From NCBI GenBank assembly GCA_001695645.1, contig LVZN01000013.1, positions 1-32,000 of the forward strand: a stretch of DNA of 32,000 nucleotides, written 5' to 3'. Below the pieces are notes generated by a model that saw only the letters and a list, made by a program, of their open reading frames with translations, had not been told where the DNA came from and ran no database searches. Position 1 is the first letter of the stretch; the number at the start of each line of letters is the position of its first letter. This document shows positions 1 through 8,187 of this stretch, in pieces. A program made the translations under genes and the position numbers. This DNA comes from Erysipelotrichaceae bacterium MTC7 (GTDB taxonomy: Bacteria; Bacillota_I; Bacilli_A; Erysipelotrichales; Erysipelotrichaceae).

Positions 1-392
1 AATTTCAAGAAGTTATTTCTAATTTCGATACTGTTGTTTACATTTTTAGTTGTATAACTTTGCACGGGATTCATTTTACTTTTAAATTGTGGCCGTTCAT
101 TTTGTTTCTTAAAGAATCGAGAAAACGCATCAAAAAGATGTTTCAGAGAAGATTGAAGTGCAATGCTGTCAACTTCTTTAAGCCAAAGTGTCGCTGAATC
201 TCTTTTCATTTGTGGAAGCAATGCAGAACAAGTATGATAAGATAACCCTTTCCCAGTTGTTTCATATTAGTTGTTGCACAAATTCAAAAAGTAATTATAG
301 ACAAACCTTGAACAACCAATCGTTTTGGCAATTATGATCTTTTGTTTATGATTCGGATAGATTCTAAATTTGTAGGCTTTATGCCGTAGCAC
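1..392 (-). pseudogene. tnpB: IS200/IS605-family TnpB (OrfB), N-terminal ~130 codons only (runs off the window), interrupted by an in-frame TAA
   Basis: Own minus-strand translation from GTG 392..390: VLRHKAYKFRIYPNHKQKIIIAKTIGCSRFVYNYFLNLCNN*YETTGKGLSYHTCSALLPQMKRDSATLWLKEVDSIALQSSLKHLFDAFSRFFKKQNERPQFKSK... The segments KAYKFRIYP, GCSRFVYN and WLKEVDSxALQSSL are hallmark TnpB N-terminal motifs. The in-frame TAA is at 269..267. Confidence 0.8.
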
Positions 393-403
393 TCACATTC
401 ACC

Positions 404-805
404 TCATTTCTTTTTCTGACTTTGTATATATGCGCGAATTTGCTTTTCTGTGTTGTTGCTACCAGTGGCTACAAAATAACTTGGATTCCAAAGATGACCA
501 CCCCACAGTTGTTGTTTAAGTTCTGGATGCTTTTTAAACAAAAGTCTAGCAGATACACCTTTGAATGCTTTAACAATACTAGGGATATAGTGTTGTGGAT
601 TACATTCAATAAGTAAATGGATATAATCTTTGTGCGATTCCATTTCTATGATATTTATATGATTATCATCTGCGATTTGTTTTCATAACGCTTTGATATC
701 AATGTTTACATCACCATACAAAATATCATATTGATATTTTACACACCAGACAAGATGATACTGAATAGAGTAGACATAGCCACGTCCATAATGGATTTCT
801 GACAT
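404..805 (-). pseudogene. tnpA: IS200-type Y1 (HUH) transposase TnpA with an in-frame TGA
   Basis: The ORF-track 79-aa product (404..643) is the C-terminal part and includes the catalytic-Tyr context IRAYIQSQ. Upstream in the same frame, from ATG 805..803 (SD aagagg), I read MSEIHYGRGYVYSIQYHLVWCVKYQYDILYGDVNIDIKAL, then TGA (685..683), then KQIADDNHINIIE, joining the listed ORF. The total is 134 codons, typical for TnpA. The HUH motif reads Y-I-H (KDYIHLL). Confidence 0.85.
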
Positions 806-929
806 GCTAAATACCTCTTAATAATTGTAACATGTGTATTTGATACTTTCGATTGTTTTAAGTACTTTTTTTTTAATATATATAATTAACATATGTCGAT
901 TAATCAATACAGCAAATTATACATGAACG

Positions 930-974
930 AAGCCGATTCATCTGCACGACTAAAGTCGAAAGTGTTCTCGGCTT
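930..974 (-). repeat. Subterminal imperfect inverted repeat (candidate IS200/IS605 left-end hairpin)
   Basis: aagccga (930..936) pairs with tcggctt (968..974). An inner cgac-taaa-gtcg hairpin sits at 947..958. The element lies about 125 nt upstream of the tnpA start. Confidence 0.5.
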
Positions 975-1007
975 ATATATAAAAATGAATGAAAACCAAA
1001 TAACACA

Positions 1008-1033
1008 AAGGCTACCAACTCGTTGGTAGCCTT
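1008..1033 (-). terminator. Hairpin terminator downstream of the small membrane-peptide gene
   Basis: A perfect 11-bp stem, aaggctaccaa (1008..1018) / ttggtagcctt (1023..1033), has a 4-nt loop. It begins 11 nt after the stop of the 1045..1206 ORF. The downstream minus-strand sequence is T-rich but is not a clean U-tract. Confidence 0.6.
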
Positions 1034-1044
1034 AATCTTACGTA

Positions 1045-1206
1045 TTACATAAAGAGATGATAAATTACAATTGCTGCCAAGAGTACAGACATAATTCCCA
1101 TAATAACAAATCCACCTTTGTAATAACTTGCCCAGTCCTTACCAATGTCACTTTGTTTTTTTACCCATGTTTTATTCATGTCTTTAGTTTCTTTACTTAC
1201 TGACAT
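1045..1206 (-). CDS. Small (53 aa) hypothetical membrane peptide, below the ORF-track size cutoff
   Basis: Own translation: MSVSKETKDMNKTWVKKQSDIGKDWASYYKGGFVIMGIMSVLLAAIVIYHLFM*. It has a hydrophilic N-terminal half and one C-terminal TM helix. The SD gaaagggga lies 7-8 nt upstream of ATG 1206..1204. A consensus promoter lies upstream and a strong hairpin downstream. Confidence 0.6.
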   Translation of the reverse strand: MSVSKETKDMNKTWVKKQSDIGKDWASYYKGGFVIMGIMSVLLAAIVIYHLFM

Positions 1207-1263
1207 ACCAAATCCCCTTTCATCACAAACAATTCACGAATTATTTCATATACTTCTAATTTC

Positions 1264-1291
1264 ATTATAGATCAAACACTATAACTGTCAA
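1264..1291 (-). promoter_or_regulatory. Consensus sigma-A-type promoter for the small peptide gene
   Basis: The minus strand reads TTGACA (1291..1286), a 16-nt spacer, then TATAAT (1269..1264). The predicted leader is about 50 nt. Confidence 0.65.
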
Positions 1292-1375
1292 TTATTATCT
1301 CTAACAAGGAAAAATTACATTCATAATTGGATGTTTTGGTAATAAGTTGTAATAATGTTTCCATTTAGATAAAAA

Positions 1376-1405
1376 AAGATGATCTATCTTTTGATACATC
1401 ATCTT
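1376..1405 (-). terminator. Rho-independent terminator ending the smc-ftsY-ylxM-ackA-nrnA transcription unit
   Basis: An 8-bp stem, aagatgat / atcatctt, with a 14-nt loop is followed on the minus strand by TTTTTTTA (A-run 1369..1377 on the plus strand). It lies about 40 nt after the stop at 1447. Confidence 0.75.
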
Positions 1406-1446
1406 ATCATTGCTTATTCATTGTAAGCACAGCTTAAACGACAAAT

Positions 1447-2379
1447 TTATGCAACAAGTTTGGCAAGATCGCCAACAAGTCGAGCAATATCAGCTTTAGT
1501 GAGTTTCTTTATACCACAAGCATTGGCGTGTCCACCTCCACCATAAGCGTTTGCAACTTCATTGATGGCAACATTTTTACTACGTAGCGATCCATTATAG
1601 TAGCCTTCACCATACGATAGATCTTCCGTAAATAAACAATAGATTTGAAACTCCTTCACATTCGCTAATGCAAAGACTTTTTCTTTTGCCAAGTTATAGA
1701 CGAGTCCATATTTTTCATAAACACTTGCATCCATAACAGAGAATGCAACTGCATCAAAGACTTCCACATGATTGCGAATTTCATTGATGTAGAAGAAATC
1801 ATTTTCACTCATTCCCATGCGTTCTTGACTGATCTTGTTGACATTCAATCCGCAAGAAACTAGAAAGGCTGCAGCTTCCAATGTTTTTGCAGTTGTGGAT
1901 GTCGTTGTAAAGTTAATCGAATCTGCCAATATACCAATATATAAGGCACGTGCACAGTCTACATTAACGATTGCTTTACTTTCAGCAAACATAAAAGCGA
2001 GAATTTCGCAGGCTGCTGCTGCCGATGTATCAACGTAGCTTACATCACCATAATGATCCACCTCAATATGGTGATCAATTTTAATAATTTTTTTTGCAGT
2101 TTGGTAACGTTGATCGTCAATTCGTTCTGTATTTCCTGTATCTAGAACAATCGCGCATGATTGACCAATTTGTTCATCACTTGCTGTATCGCGTGCAGGA
2201 AACATGTCAGCTGCGCTTCCTACATCTTCACCTAAGGCAAACACTTGTTTGTCTGGATAGTTAGCTTGTAAGAAGTATTTCATTCCAAACTGACTTCCCA
2301 ATGCATCCGCATCTGCACCTGTATGACGATAGATTGTGATAATATCGAAATCTTTAACTTCTTGTAGTATATCTAGCAT
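1447..2379 (-). CDS. nrnA: DHH/DHHA1-family phosphoesterase (NrnA-like oligoribonuclease / pAp phosphatase)
   Basis: 310 aa. Motifs present: DADALGS, IKIDHH, and the C-terminal GGGGHANACG (DHHA1 GGGH). The start overlaps the ackA stop as TAATG. Confidence 0.85.
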   Translation of the reverse strand: MLDILQEVKDFDIITIYRHTGADADALGSQFGMKYFLQANYPDKQVFALGEDVGSAADMFPARDTASDEQIGQSCAIVLDTGNTERIDDQRYQTAKKIIKIDHHIEVDHYGDVSYVDTSAAAACEILAFMFAESKAIVNVDCARALYIGILADSINFTTTSTTAKTLEAAAFLVSCGLNVNKISQERMGMSENDFFYINEIRNHVEVFDAVAFSVMDASVYEKYGLVYNLAKEKVFALANVKEFQIYCLFTEDLSYGEGYYNGSLRSKNVAINEVANAYGGGGHANACGIKKLTKADIARLVGDLAKLVA

Positions 2380-3572
2380 TATTTTTCTGTTAAAGCGTAT
2401 GTGTCACGAGCGATAACTACTTCTTCATTTGTTGGGATTAAGTATGCTTTTGTTTTTGAATCAGCAGTTGTCAACAATGCTTCTGTTGCACGAACGTTGT
2501 TTGCTTCATCATCACAAATCGTACCTAATGTAGGTTCTAATGCGTTCAAGATTGCTTTACGTGTATCTTTAGAGTTTTCTCCAACTCCTGCAGTAAAGAC
2601 GATTGCATCACAACCACCCATTTGCATGTAGTATGAACCAACGGTTTCAACAATACGGTTTGTGAAGATTTTTTCTGTGATAATTGCTCTTTCGTCACCT
2701 TTTGCAACTGCTGCTTCAATATCACGTGAATCACTAGAGATTCCAGATACTCCTAACATTCCTGATTTTTTGTTAAGGATGTTGTCCATTTCTCCTGCGC
2801 TTACACCAAGTTTTTCTTGCATGTATAAAGGAATTGCAGGGTCAACATCTCCACAACGTGTTCCCATCATAACTCCAGCAAGTGGCGTGAATCCCATTGA
2901 TGTATTTACTGATTTTCCACCATCAACTGCAGTAATTGAACATCCTCCACCTAAGTGTAATGTAATAATTTTTGTGTCAGCAGTTGGTTTATCTAACAAT
3001 TCGATGCAACGTTGGCTTACAAACAAGTGACTTGTTCCGTGCATTCCGTATTTACGTACTTTGTAATCCGTGTACCATTCGTATGGCAATGCATAAATAA
3101 AGTGGTCTGGAGTCATTGTTTGGTGGAATGCTGTATCAAAAACAAACACATGTTTAGCATGGTCTAAGCTTTTTGCAAACGCACGGTATCCAATAAGTGC
3201 TCCTGGGTTGTGTAAAGGTGCAAGTTCAGAAAGTTGGTCAACTTTTTCGACAACTTCTTCAGTTACAATCACACTCTTGTCAAAGTATTCCCCACCATGT
3301 ACTACACGGTGTCCAGCTGCTATGATTTCTTCAAAACTCGCAATAATTTTGTGGTCAATTAGCGCTGCCAACAATAAGTTAACTGCAACCGTGTGATCCT
3401 TTACTGGTTGTACAGTACTTACTTTTTCTCCATTCACTTTGATGGTAAAGATCGCATCATCAAATCCGATACGTTCAACAATACCACTTGTTAGTACTTC
3501 TTCACTAGGCATTTCATAAAGTTGAAATTTTAAAGAAGAACTCCCCGCATTTACTGCAATAATCTTACTCAT
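2379..3572 (-). CDS. ackA: Acetate kinase
   Basis: [19 protein letters not shown]... is a canonical acetate kinase N-terminus, and the whole length is family-like. I prefer the ATG at 3572 over the ORF-track ATG at 3587 because MSKII matches family starts and forms an ATGAGTAA overlap with the ylxM stop. Confidence 0.95.
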   Translation of the reverse strand: MSKIIAVNAGSSSLKFQLYEMPSEEVLTSGIVERIGFDDAIFTIKVNGEKVSTVQPVKDHTVAVNLLLAALIDHKIIASFEEIIAAGHRVVHGGEYFDKSVIVTEEVVEKVDQLSELAPLHNPGALIGYRAFAKSLDHAKHVFVFDTAFHQTMTPDHFIYALPYEWYTDYKVRKYGMHGTSHLFVSQRCIELLDKPTADTKIITLHLGGGCSITAVDGGKSVNTSMGFTPLAGVMMGTRCGDVDPAIPLYMQEKLGVSAGEMDNILNKKSGMLGVSGISSDSRDIEAAVAKGDERAIITEKIFTNRIVETVGSYYMQMGGCDAIVFTAGVGENSKDTRKAILNALEPTLGTICDDEANNVRATEALLTTADSKTKAYLIPTNEEVVIARDTYALTEK

Positions 3573-3891
3573 AATTCTCAATCTCACTTTCTTTCAGTTT
3601 CTTTTGTATTTCTTTTATATTCTCATGCTCGTCAGCCAACTGTTCGTATAAGTTTTGGCGAACCTGGAATTTCTTAATTAAATGAAGCTTCTTTTCATAA
3701 TCTTCAAGAATCTTCGTTACCCGTTTGATATTATCACTTACTGCACTACGTGAAATGTTACGATTTTCAGCAATTTCACCAAGTGAGTAGTCTTCGCGAT
3801 AATAATCATTCATAATCGCACGTTGTTTTTCTGTCAATAAATCCTCATAGAAATCCAACAAAGTATTCATATCATCAAATGATTTACGCAT
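3565..3891 (-). CDS. ylxM: YlxM/p13-like putative DNA-binding (SRP-associated) protein
   Basis: [57 protein letters not shown] aligns with the UPF0122/YlxM HTH family. The start at 3891 is chosen by length match to B. subtilis YlxM and by the ATGCGTAA overlap with the ftsY stop. The ATG at 3870 is an alternative start. Confidence 0.85.
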   Translation of the reverse strand: MRKSFDDMNTLLDFYEDLLTEKQRAIMNDYYREDYSLGEIAENRNISRSAVSDNIKRVTKILEDYEKKLHLIKKFQVRQNLYEQLADEHENIKEIQKKLKESEIENYE

Positions 3892-4963
3892 TGATATCGC
3901 CCATGATTCCATACAGGAATGTATCAATATCAAACGGTCTTAAATCATCAACGCCTTCACCTAAACCGACGTACTTGACTGGTAAACCAAGCATGTTACG
4001 AATAGCTAATACAATACCACCCTTTGCGCTTCCATCTAGTTTTGTAAGGATAACACCTGTTACGTTGGTAGCAGCCATAAACTCTTTTGCCTGGCTAATT
4101 CCGTTTTGACCTGTTGTTGCATCTATTACTAACCATACAGCAGCGGGCTGTCCAGGAATTTCCTTATCAATCACTTTATGAATCTTCTTAAGTTCATTCA
4201 TCAAGTTTACTTTGTTTTGTAAACGTCCTGCAGTATCGGCAATCATAATATCGTTATGATGTTCTTTTGCGAATCGTGCACCGTCAACAATCACACTTGC
4301 TGGATCAGCTTGTGCTTTTCCTTCGACACAATCCACACCAATACGATCTGCCCAACGTTTCAATTGATCGACAGCTCCAGCACGAAAGGTATCCGCAGCG
4401 GTCACCATAACCGATTTTCCATCTGCTTTGAACATATTGGCAAGTTTTGCAGTTGTCGTTGTTTTTCCACTTCCATTGACACCAACCATCAGGATAACTG
4501 TTGGTCCATCTTCATTTTTAACGAATGGAACATCCGTAAATGAATTGTATAAAATTTGCATTTCTTCAAATAGAATATCTGTAACTTCTTGCATGGAAGT
4601 TGCCTTCTCTTTTTCCGAGCGTTTTTCTACTTGTTTAATCAGTTTCTCAGCTGTATCAATACCTAAATCCGCTTCCAGTAAAACAATCATTAACTCTTCT
4701 AGAAAATCAGCATCTACCCCTTTAAAACCTCTTGCTAGATTTTTAAGTTTTTGGGTAAACGATGTCTTTGTTTTACTCAAGCCACTTAGGTAACGATTGG
4801 CATCACTGCGATCACTTTGTTCAAGTTCTGGAGCAACTGGTGCTTCTTGCATCAGCGTTTGGCTTTCCACAACTTGTTCAATCTCTGCCTCAGCTTCTAT
4901 AACTTCAGTTTCTGTAGGTTCTTCGGCTGTAAATTTCTTTTTCAGTTTATCTAAAAATCCCAT
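3884..4963 (-). CDS. ftsY: Signal recognition particle receptor FtsY
   Basis: 359 aa. It has an acidic N-terminal region and an NG domain with [15 protein letters not shown] and TKLDG motifs. The junction with smc is a TAATG overlap. Confidence 0.95.
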   Translation of the reverse strand: MGFLDKLKKKFTAEEPTETEVIEAEAEIEQVVESQTLMQEAPVAPELEQSDRSDANRYLSGLSKTKTSFTQKLKNLARGFKGVDADFLEELMIVLLEADLGIDTAEKLIKQVEKRSEKEKATSMQEVTDILFEEMQILYNSFTDVPFVKNEDGPTVILMVGVNGSGKTTTTAKLANMFKADGKSVMVTAADTFRAGAVDQLKRWADRIGVDCVEGKAQADPASVIVDGARFAKEHHNDIMIADTAGRLQNKVNLMNELKKIHKVIDKEIPGQPAAVWLVIDATTGQNGISQAKEFMAATNVTGVILTKLDGSAKGGIVLAIRNMLGLPVKYVGLGEGVDDLRPFDIDTFLYGIMGDINA

Positions 4964-7920
4964 TACGCAACCACTCCTTCTTGGTTTGCACTATCTTCTT
5001 GTACATAACCCATTGCATCTTTCAAACGGACTTTCAAGAATTTACTTACTCCGTCTTTTTGCATCGTCACTCCATATAACTGATCACACTGTGCCATTGT
5101 CCCTGGACGGTGTGTCACAATGATAAATTGTGAATCTCCGCGGTAGTTAGAGACATAACGCGCAAAACGTTCAACGTTTGCTTGGTCAAGTGCTGCTTCT
5201 ACCTCATCAAAGATACATAATGGAATTGTTCTTGCACGAAGAATGGCAAACAATACCGACATCGCAAGTAAGGCTTTTTCACCACCGGATAATGCACGCA
5301 TGTTATCTACTTTTTTACCTGGAGGTTGCACTTCAATTTCAATTCCACTTTCTAGAACATCGTCTGGATTGGTTAAGTATAATCGTGCTTTACCGCCACC
5401 AAACATCGCTCTAAACGTTTCGTGTAATTCATCATTGATCTTATGGAACATTTCCATGAACTGTTTACTCATGACTTCATCCATTTCATCAATTGCTTCT
5501 AAAATTTTGTTTTTTGCAAGTTCGAGTTCTTCTTTTTGCGAGACTAACAATTCGTAACGTTCACGCACTTCCTCGTATTCTGCAGGTGCATCTAGGTTCA
5601 CATTTCCTAGTTTTGCAATGTCTTGACGCAGGTGTAATACATCTTCTCTTGCTTTGTTCAAGTCATCCTGGTCTTGTTTAATGGTAACTGCATGTTCGTA
5701 AGTCATTTCATAAATGCTTGATAAACGTTGCAATACATTTTCCAAGTGCGTTTCTGTTTTTACCATGTCCACTTCAGCTTCGTGATTGATTTTTTCAAGT
5801 ACGGCTAAGTCTCTGCGAATATCGCGAATACGAGCTTCGCGTTTTTCAACATTTTTACCAAGGGTATAACGACGTTCACGCTTATTGTTTAAGCTTGCTT
5901 CAATCTCATCTTTTTTTGAATGCGCTTTAGACATTTGCACAACAATATCATTGTCATTATTTGTATCTACATCCATATCATCGAATTCGATATCAAGTTC
6001 TTTAAACTCATCTAACAACTTTTCGTATTTGCTTTTCTTTGCATCTAAGACTGGTTGCAATCGTGCAATCGCCATTTGCAATTCCACTTTCTTATCTTTC
6101 AGTGATTCCAAGTGATGACGCAATTCGTTTAACTTCACATTTACATCTGCACTGCGATCACTTTGTTGTTGCAGTTGTGCTTCCACATTGGTCAGTTCTT
6201 TTTTAATCGTTAGTGGTGAGTAATCATTTTTAACCTTACCACCAGTCATGGAACCACCTTTATGTACAACCTCACCATCCATTGTCACAATTTTATAGCG
6301 GAATTTTAGCATTCGTGCAAGTTCGTTGGCTTGCACAAGTTTTTCAGTGACTAATACATTCCCTAACAATGAAGATGCTAAGATTTCAAACTTTGGATCG
6401 TATTCCACAAGTTTGCTTGCAACACCCAAATATCCAGTTGCATTGTCTGCCACAATTAAATCATCTTGATTTACATAACGTGGTTTTAAAACACTCGCTG
6501 GTAAGAAAGTTGCACGTCCACTACGGTTTTTCTTTAGGAATGAAATCGCATTTCTTGCACTGTCTTCGTCTTCACTCACGATATGGAATAAAGCTCCTCC
6601 TAGCGCACTAGACACTGCTTCCTCGTATCCTTCTTGTGGTTGTAACAATTGTGAAACAACCCCATGAATACCATAGAAACTATCTTTTTGATCAATGATC
6701 GTCTTAACTCCCTGTTGATGATCAAAAGGAGATTTCAATAAGTTTGTTAAGACATCTTTACGATTGGATAAACGGTTCATCATTTGTGTGGTATGACTAT
6801 TTTCTTCTGCAAGCTTACTGAAGTTTGCTTCGACTTGATCATAGTTTTTATTTGCTAGTTCCACATCCGTTTGTAAAGAAGAAATTCGTTTGTCACGATC
6901 TTCATATTCGTATTTCGCTTCTTCAAGCATACTCTTTAATTCTTTAGCTCGTGCTTTTGCATCTTGAGAATCAAGTGCATATTTACGTTTTTCTTCAAGT
7001 TCTGTCTTTCTTGAATCAAGTGCAGAAATCTCATTTACCACTTCAACGAACTCACTTTGTAGTTTATGTGTTTCGCGGTCCAAACTCGATATTTCTTCAC
7101 GATCACTTTGATTCTTTTGATCTTCTACTTGAATGGTTGTCTCTGCGATTGCTTTTTGACTTTCATTATCAAATGATTTGTTTTTTAAGTCTTCGATCTT
7201 TTTGGTATACTGTTGTACTTCATCTACGATAACACTTACTTCTATCGTTTCGAGTTCTTTTTTCATTTCCAAATAACGTTCTGCTTTTTTTGCTTGTCGT
7301 TTTAATGGATTGACTCGTGTTTCAAGTTCAGCAACAATATCTTCAACTCGCAACAAGTTTTCTTGTGTACGGTTTAATTTATTTAAACTTTCATGTTTCC
7401 GTTTTTTATATTTAGCAACTCCAGCTGCCTCTTCAAATAACGGACGACGGTCTTCTGGTTTAACATCAACGATTTCGTGAATGTTTCCTTGTGAAATGAC
7501 CGAAAGTGAATCCCGTCCAAGTCCACTATCCATAACCATGTTCGTTACGTCTTTTAAACGACATGGGGAATTGTTAATCAAATACTCTGCTTCTCCACTA
7601 TTTCTAAACAAGCGTCTAGTTATTGAGACTTCATCAAATTCTATATCAAAATGTTTTTTACTGTTATCAAATACCAAGGTTACTTCTGCCATGTTGACAG
7701 CTTTACGACCTTCAGAACCACTAAAAATGACATCGCTCATGCTTTGCCCTCTAAGTGATTTGGCACTTTGTTCCCCTAGTACCCAACGGATTGCGTCATT
7801 AACATTACTCTTACCACAACCGTTCGGTCCTACGATTCCGGTTACTTCATCTTCAAAATCAATGATTGTCTTATCGGCAAATGACTTAAAGCCTTGTAAC
7901 TCAATTCTTTTAAGAAACAT
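4963..7920 (-). CDS. smc: Chromosome segregation protein SMC (short, 985 aa)
   Basis: Walker A GPNGCGKSN; a long coiled-coil region; a hinge (GVVSQLL...GGALFHIV); the signature LSGGEKAL; Walker B LCIFDEVEAALD. The SD aggaggg lies upstream. Confidence 0.95.
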   Translation of the reverse strand: MFLKRIELQGFKSFADKTIIDFEDEVTGIVGPNGCGKSNVNDAIRWVLGEQSAKSLRGQSMSDVIFSGSEGRKAVNMAEVTLVFDNSKKHFDIEFDEVSITRRLFRNSGEAEYLINNSPCRLKDVTNMVMDSGLGRDSLSVISQGNIHEIVDVKPEDRRPLFEEAAGVAKYKKRKHESLNKLNRTQENLLRVEDIVAELETRVNPLKRQAKKAERYLEMKKELETIEVSVIVDEVQQYTKKIEDLKNKSFDNESQKAIAETTIQVEDQKNQSDREEISSLDRETHKLQSEFVEVVNEISALDSRKTELEEKRKYALDSQDAKARAKELKSMLEEAKYEYEDRDKRISSLQTDVELANKNYDQVEANFSKLAEENSHTTQMMNRLSNRKDVLTNLLKSPFDHQQGVKTIIDQKDSFYGIHGVVSQLLQPQEGYEEAVSSALGGALFHIVSEDEDSARNAISFLKKNRSGRATFLPASVLKPRYVNQDDLIVADNATGYLGVASKLVEYDPKFEILASSLLGNVLVTEKLVQANELARMLKFRYKIVTMDGEVVHKGGSMTGGKVKNDYSPLTIKKELTNVEAQLQQQSDRSADVNVKLNELRHHLESLKDKKVELQMAIARLQPVLDAKKSKYEKLLDEFKELDIEFDDMDVDTNNDNDIVVQMSKAHSKKDEIEASLNNKRERRYTLGKNVEKREARIRDIRRDLAVLEKINHEAEVDMVKTETHLENVLQRLSSIYEMTYEHAVTIKQDQDDLNKAREDVLHLRQDIAKLGNVNLDAPAEYEEVRERYELLVSQKEELELAKNKILEAIDEMDEVMSKQFMEMFHKINDELHETFRAMFGGGKARLYLTNPDDVLESGIEIEVQPPGKKVDNMRALSGGEKALLAMSVLFAILRARTIPLCIFDEVEAALDQANVERFARYVSNYRGDSQFIIVTHRPGTMAQCDQLYGVTMQKDGVSKFLKVRLKDAMGYVQEDSANQEGVVA

Positions 7921-7947
7921 AGAAACCCTCCTACTTCACTGTTTATT

Positions 7948-7956
7948 ATTATAGCA
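7948..7956 (-). promoter_or_regulatory. Extended -10 promoter element for smc
   Basis: The minus strand reads TGcTATAAT (7956..7948), about 28 nt upstream of the smc ATG. No good -35 is present. Confidence 0.45.
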
Positions 7957-8033
7957 TATACACCTAACTATCCGGAGATAAAAAATGGCTTTTTTTATTG
8001 ATTTTTATTGGATATTTTACGATTCTTACGCAA

Positions 8034-8067
8034 TGATTATTTGTGAATTTCTTCACTAGAATAATCA
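8034..8067. promoter_or_regulatory. 34-bp nested palindrome with a Rex/CRP-FNR-like core TTGTGAA-tttc-TTCACta
   Basis: tgattatt (8034..8041) pairs with aataatca (8060..8067), and gtgaa (8043..8047) pairs with ttcac (8052..8056). The element lies in the divergent smc/hlyIII intergenic region. Confidence 0.4.
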
Positions 8068-8129
8068 CTTATCATTTCCGTAAAATCTTGCCGTGAAATC
8101 ATTTTACTTTGAATATCAAAGAATAATTG

Positions 8130-8158
8130 TTGACCTTTACGATAAAAGCAATTAAAAT
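8130..8158 (+). promoter_or_regulatory. Sigma-A-type promoter for the hemolysin-III family gene
   Basis: TTGACC (8130..8135), a 17-nt spacer, then TAAAAT (8153..8158). This is followed by SD AGGAGG at 8173..8178. Confidence 0.6.
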
Positions 8159-8187
8159 AAATACCAATACCAAGGAGGATGTGTCGT

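Larger units (their letters stand above)
1..974 (-). mobile_element. Decayed IS200/IS605-family insertion sequence (IS608-like co-directional tnpA-tnpB). The left end is in the window and the right end lies beyond position 1.
   Basis: tnpA (Y1/HUH transposase) is followed 11 nt later by tnpB on the same strand, and both carry in-frame stops. An imperfect subterminal hairpin at 930..974 lies upstream of tnpA, as expected for a left end. The exact boundary cannot be determined from the sequence alone. Confidence 0.75.

Noticed and set aside
683-685. The in-frame TGA in tnpA might mean TGA = Trp (genetic code 4, Mollicutes-like).
   Set aside because: Several long housekeeping genes here terminate at TGA exactly where homologues end (cdsA, trmFO, rbgA). 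The long ORFs, for example the 985-aa smc and the 1003-aa adhesin, are intact under the standard code. The aligned position in TnpA is normally Leu/Ile, consistent with a TTA-to-TGA nonsense mutation.
3573-3587. Longer ORF-track starts for ackA (3587), uppS (15847), rnhB (30186), the hlyIII-family gene (8179) and the Mrp fusion (17571)
   Set aside because: In each case an internal ATG has a properly spaced SD and yields the N-terminus typical of the family. The upstream extensions overlap the preceding gene, a hairpin or the SD itself.
7481-7954. 157-aa plus-strand ORF, and the many other 60-120-aa ORFs antisense to smc, ackA, ftsY, topA, trmFO, xerC, the adhesin gene and others
   Set aside because: All lie fully inside, and antisense to, genes with unambiguous family motifs. 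Their products are Ser/Leu/Phe-rich, as expected from reading AT-rich coding DNA backwards.
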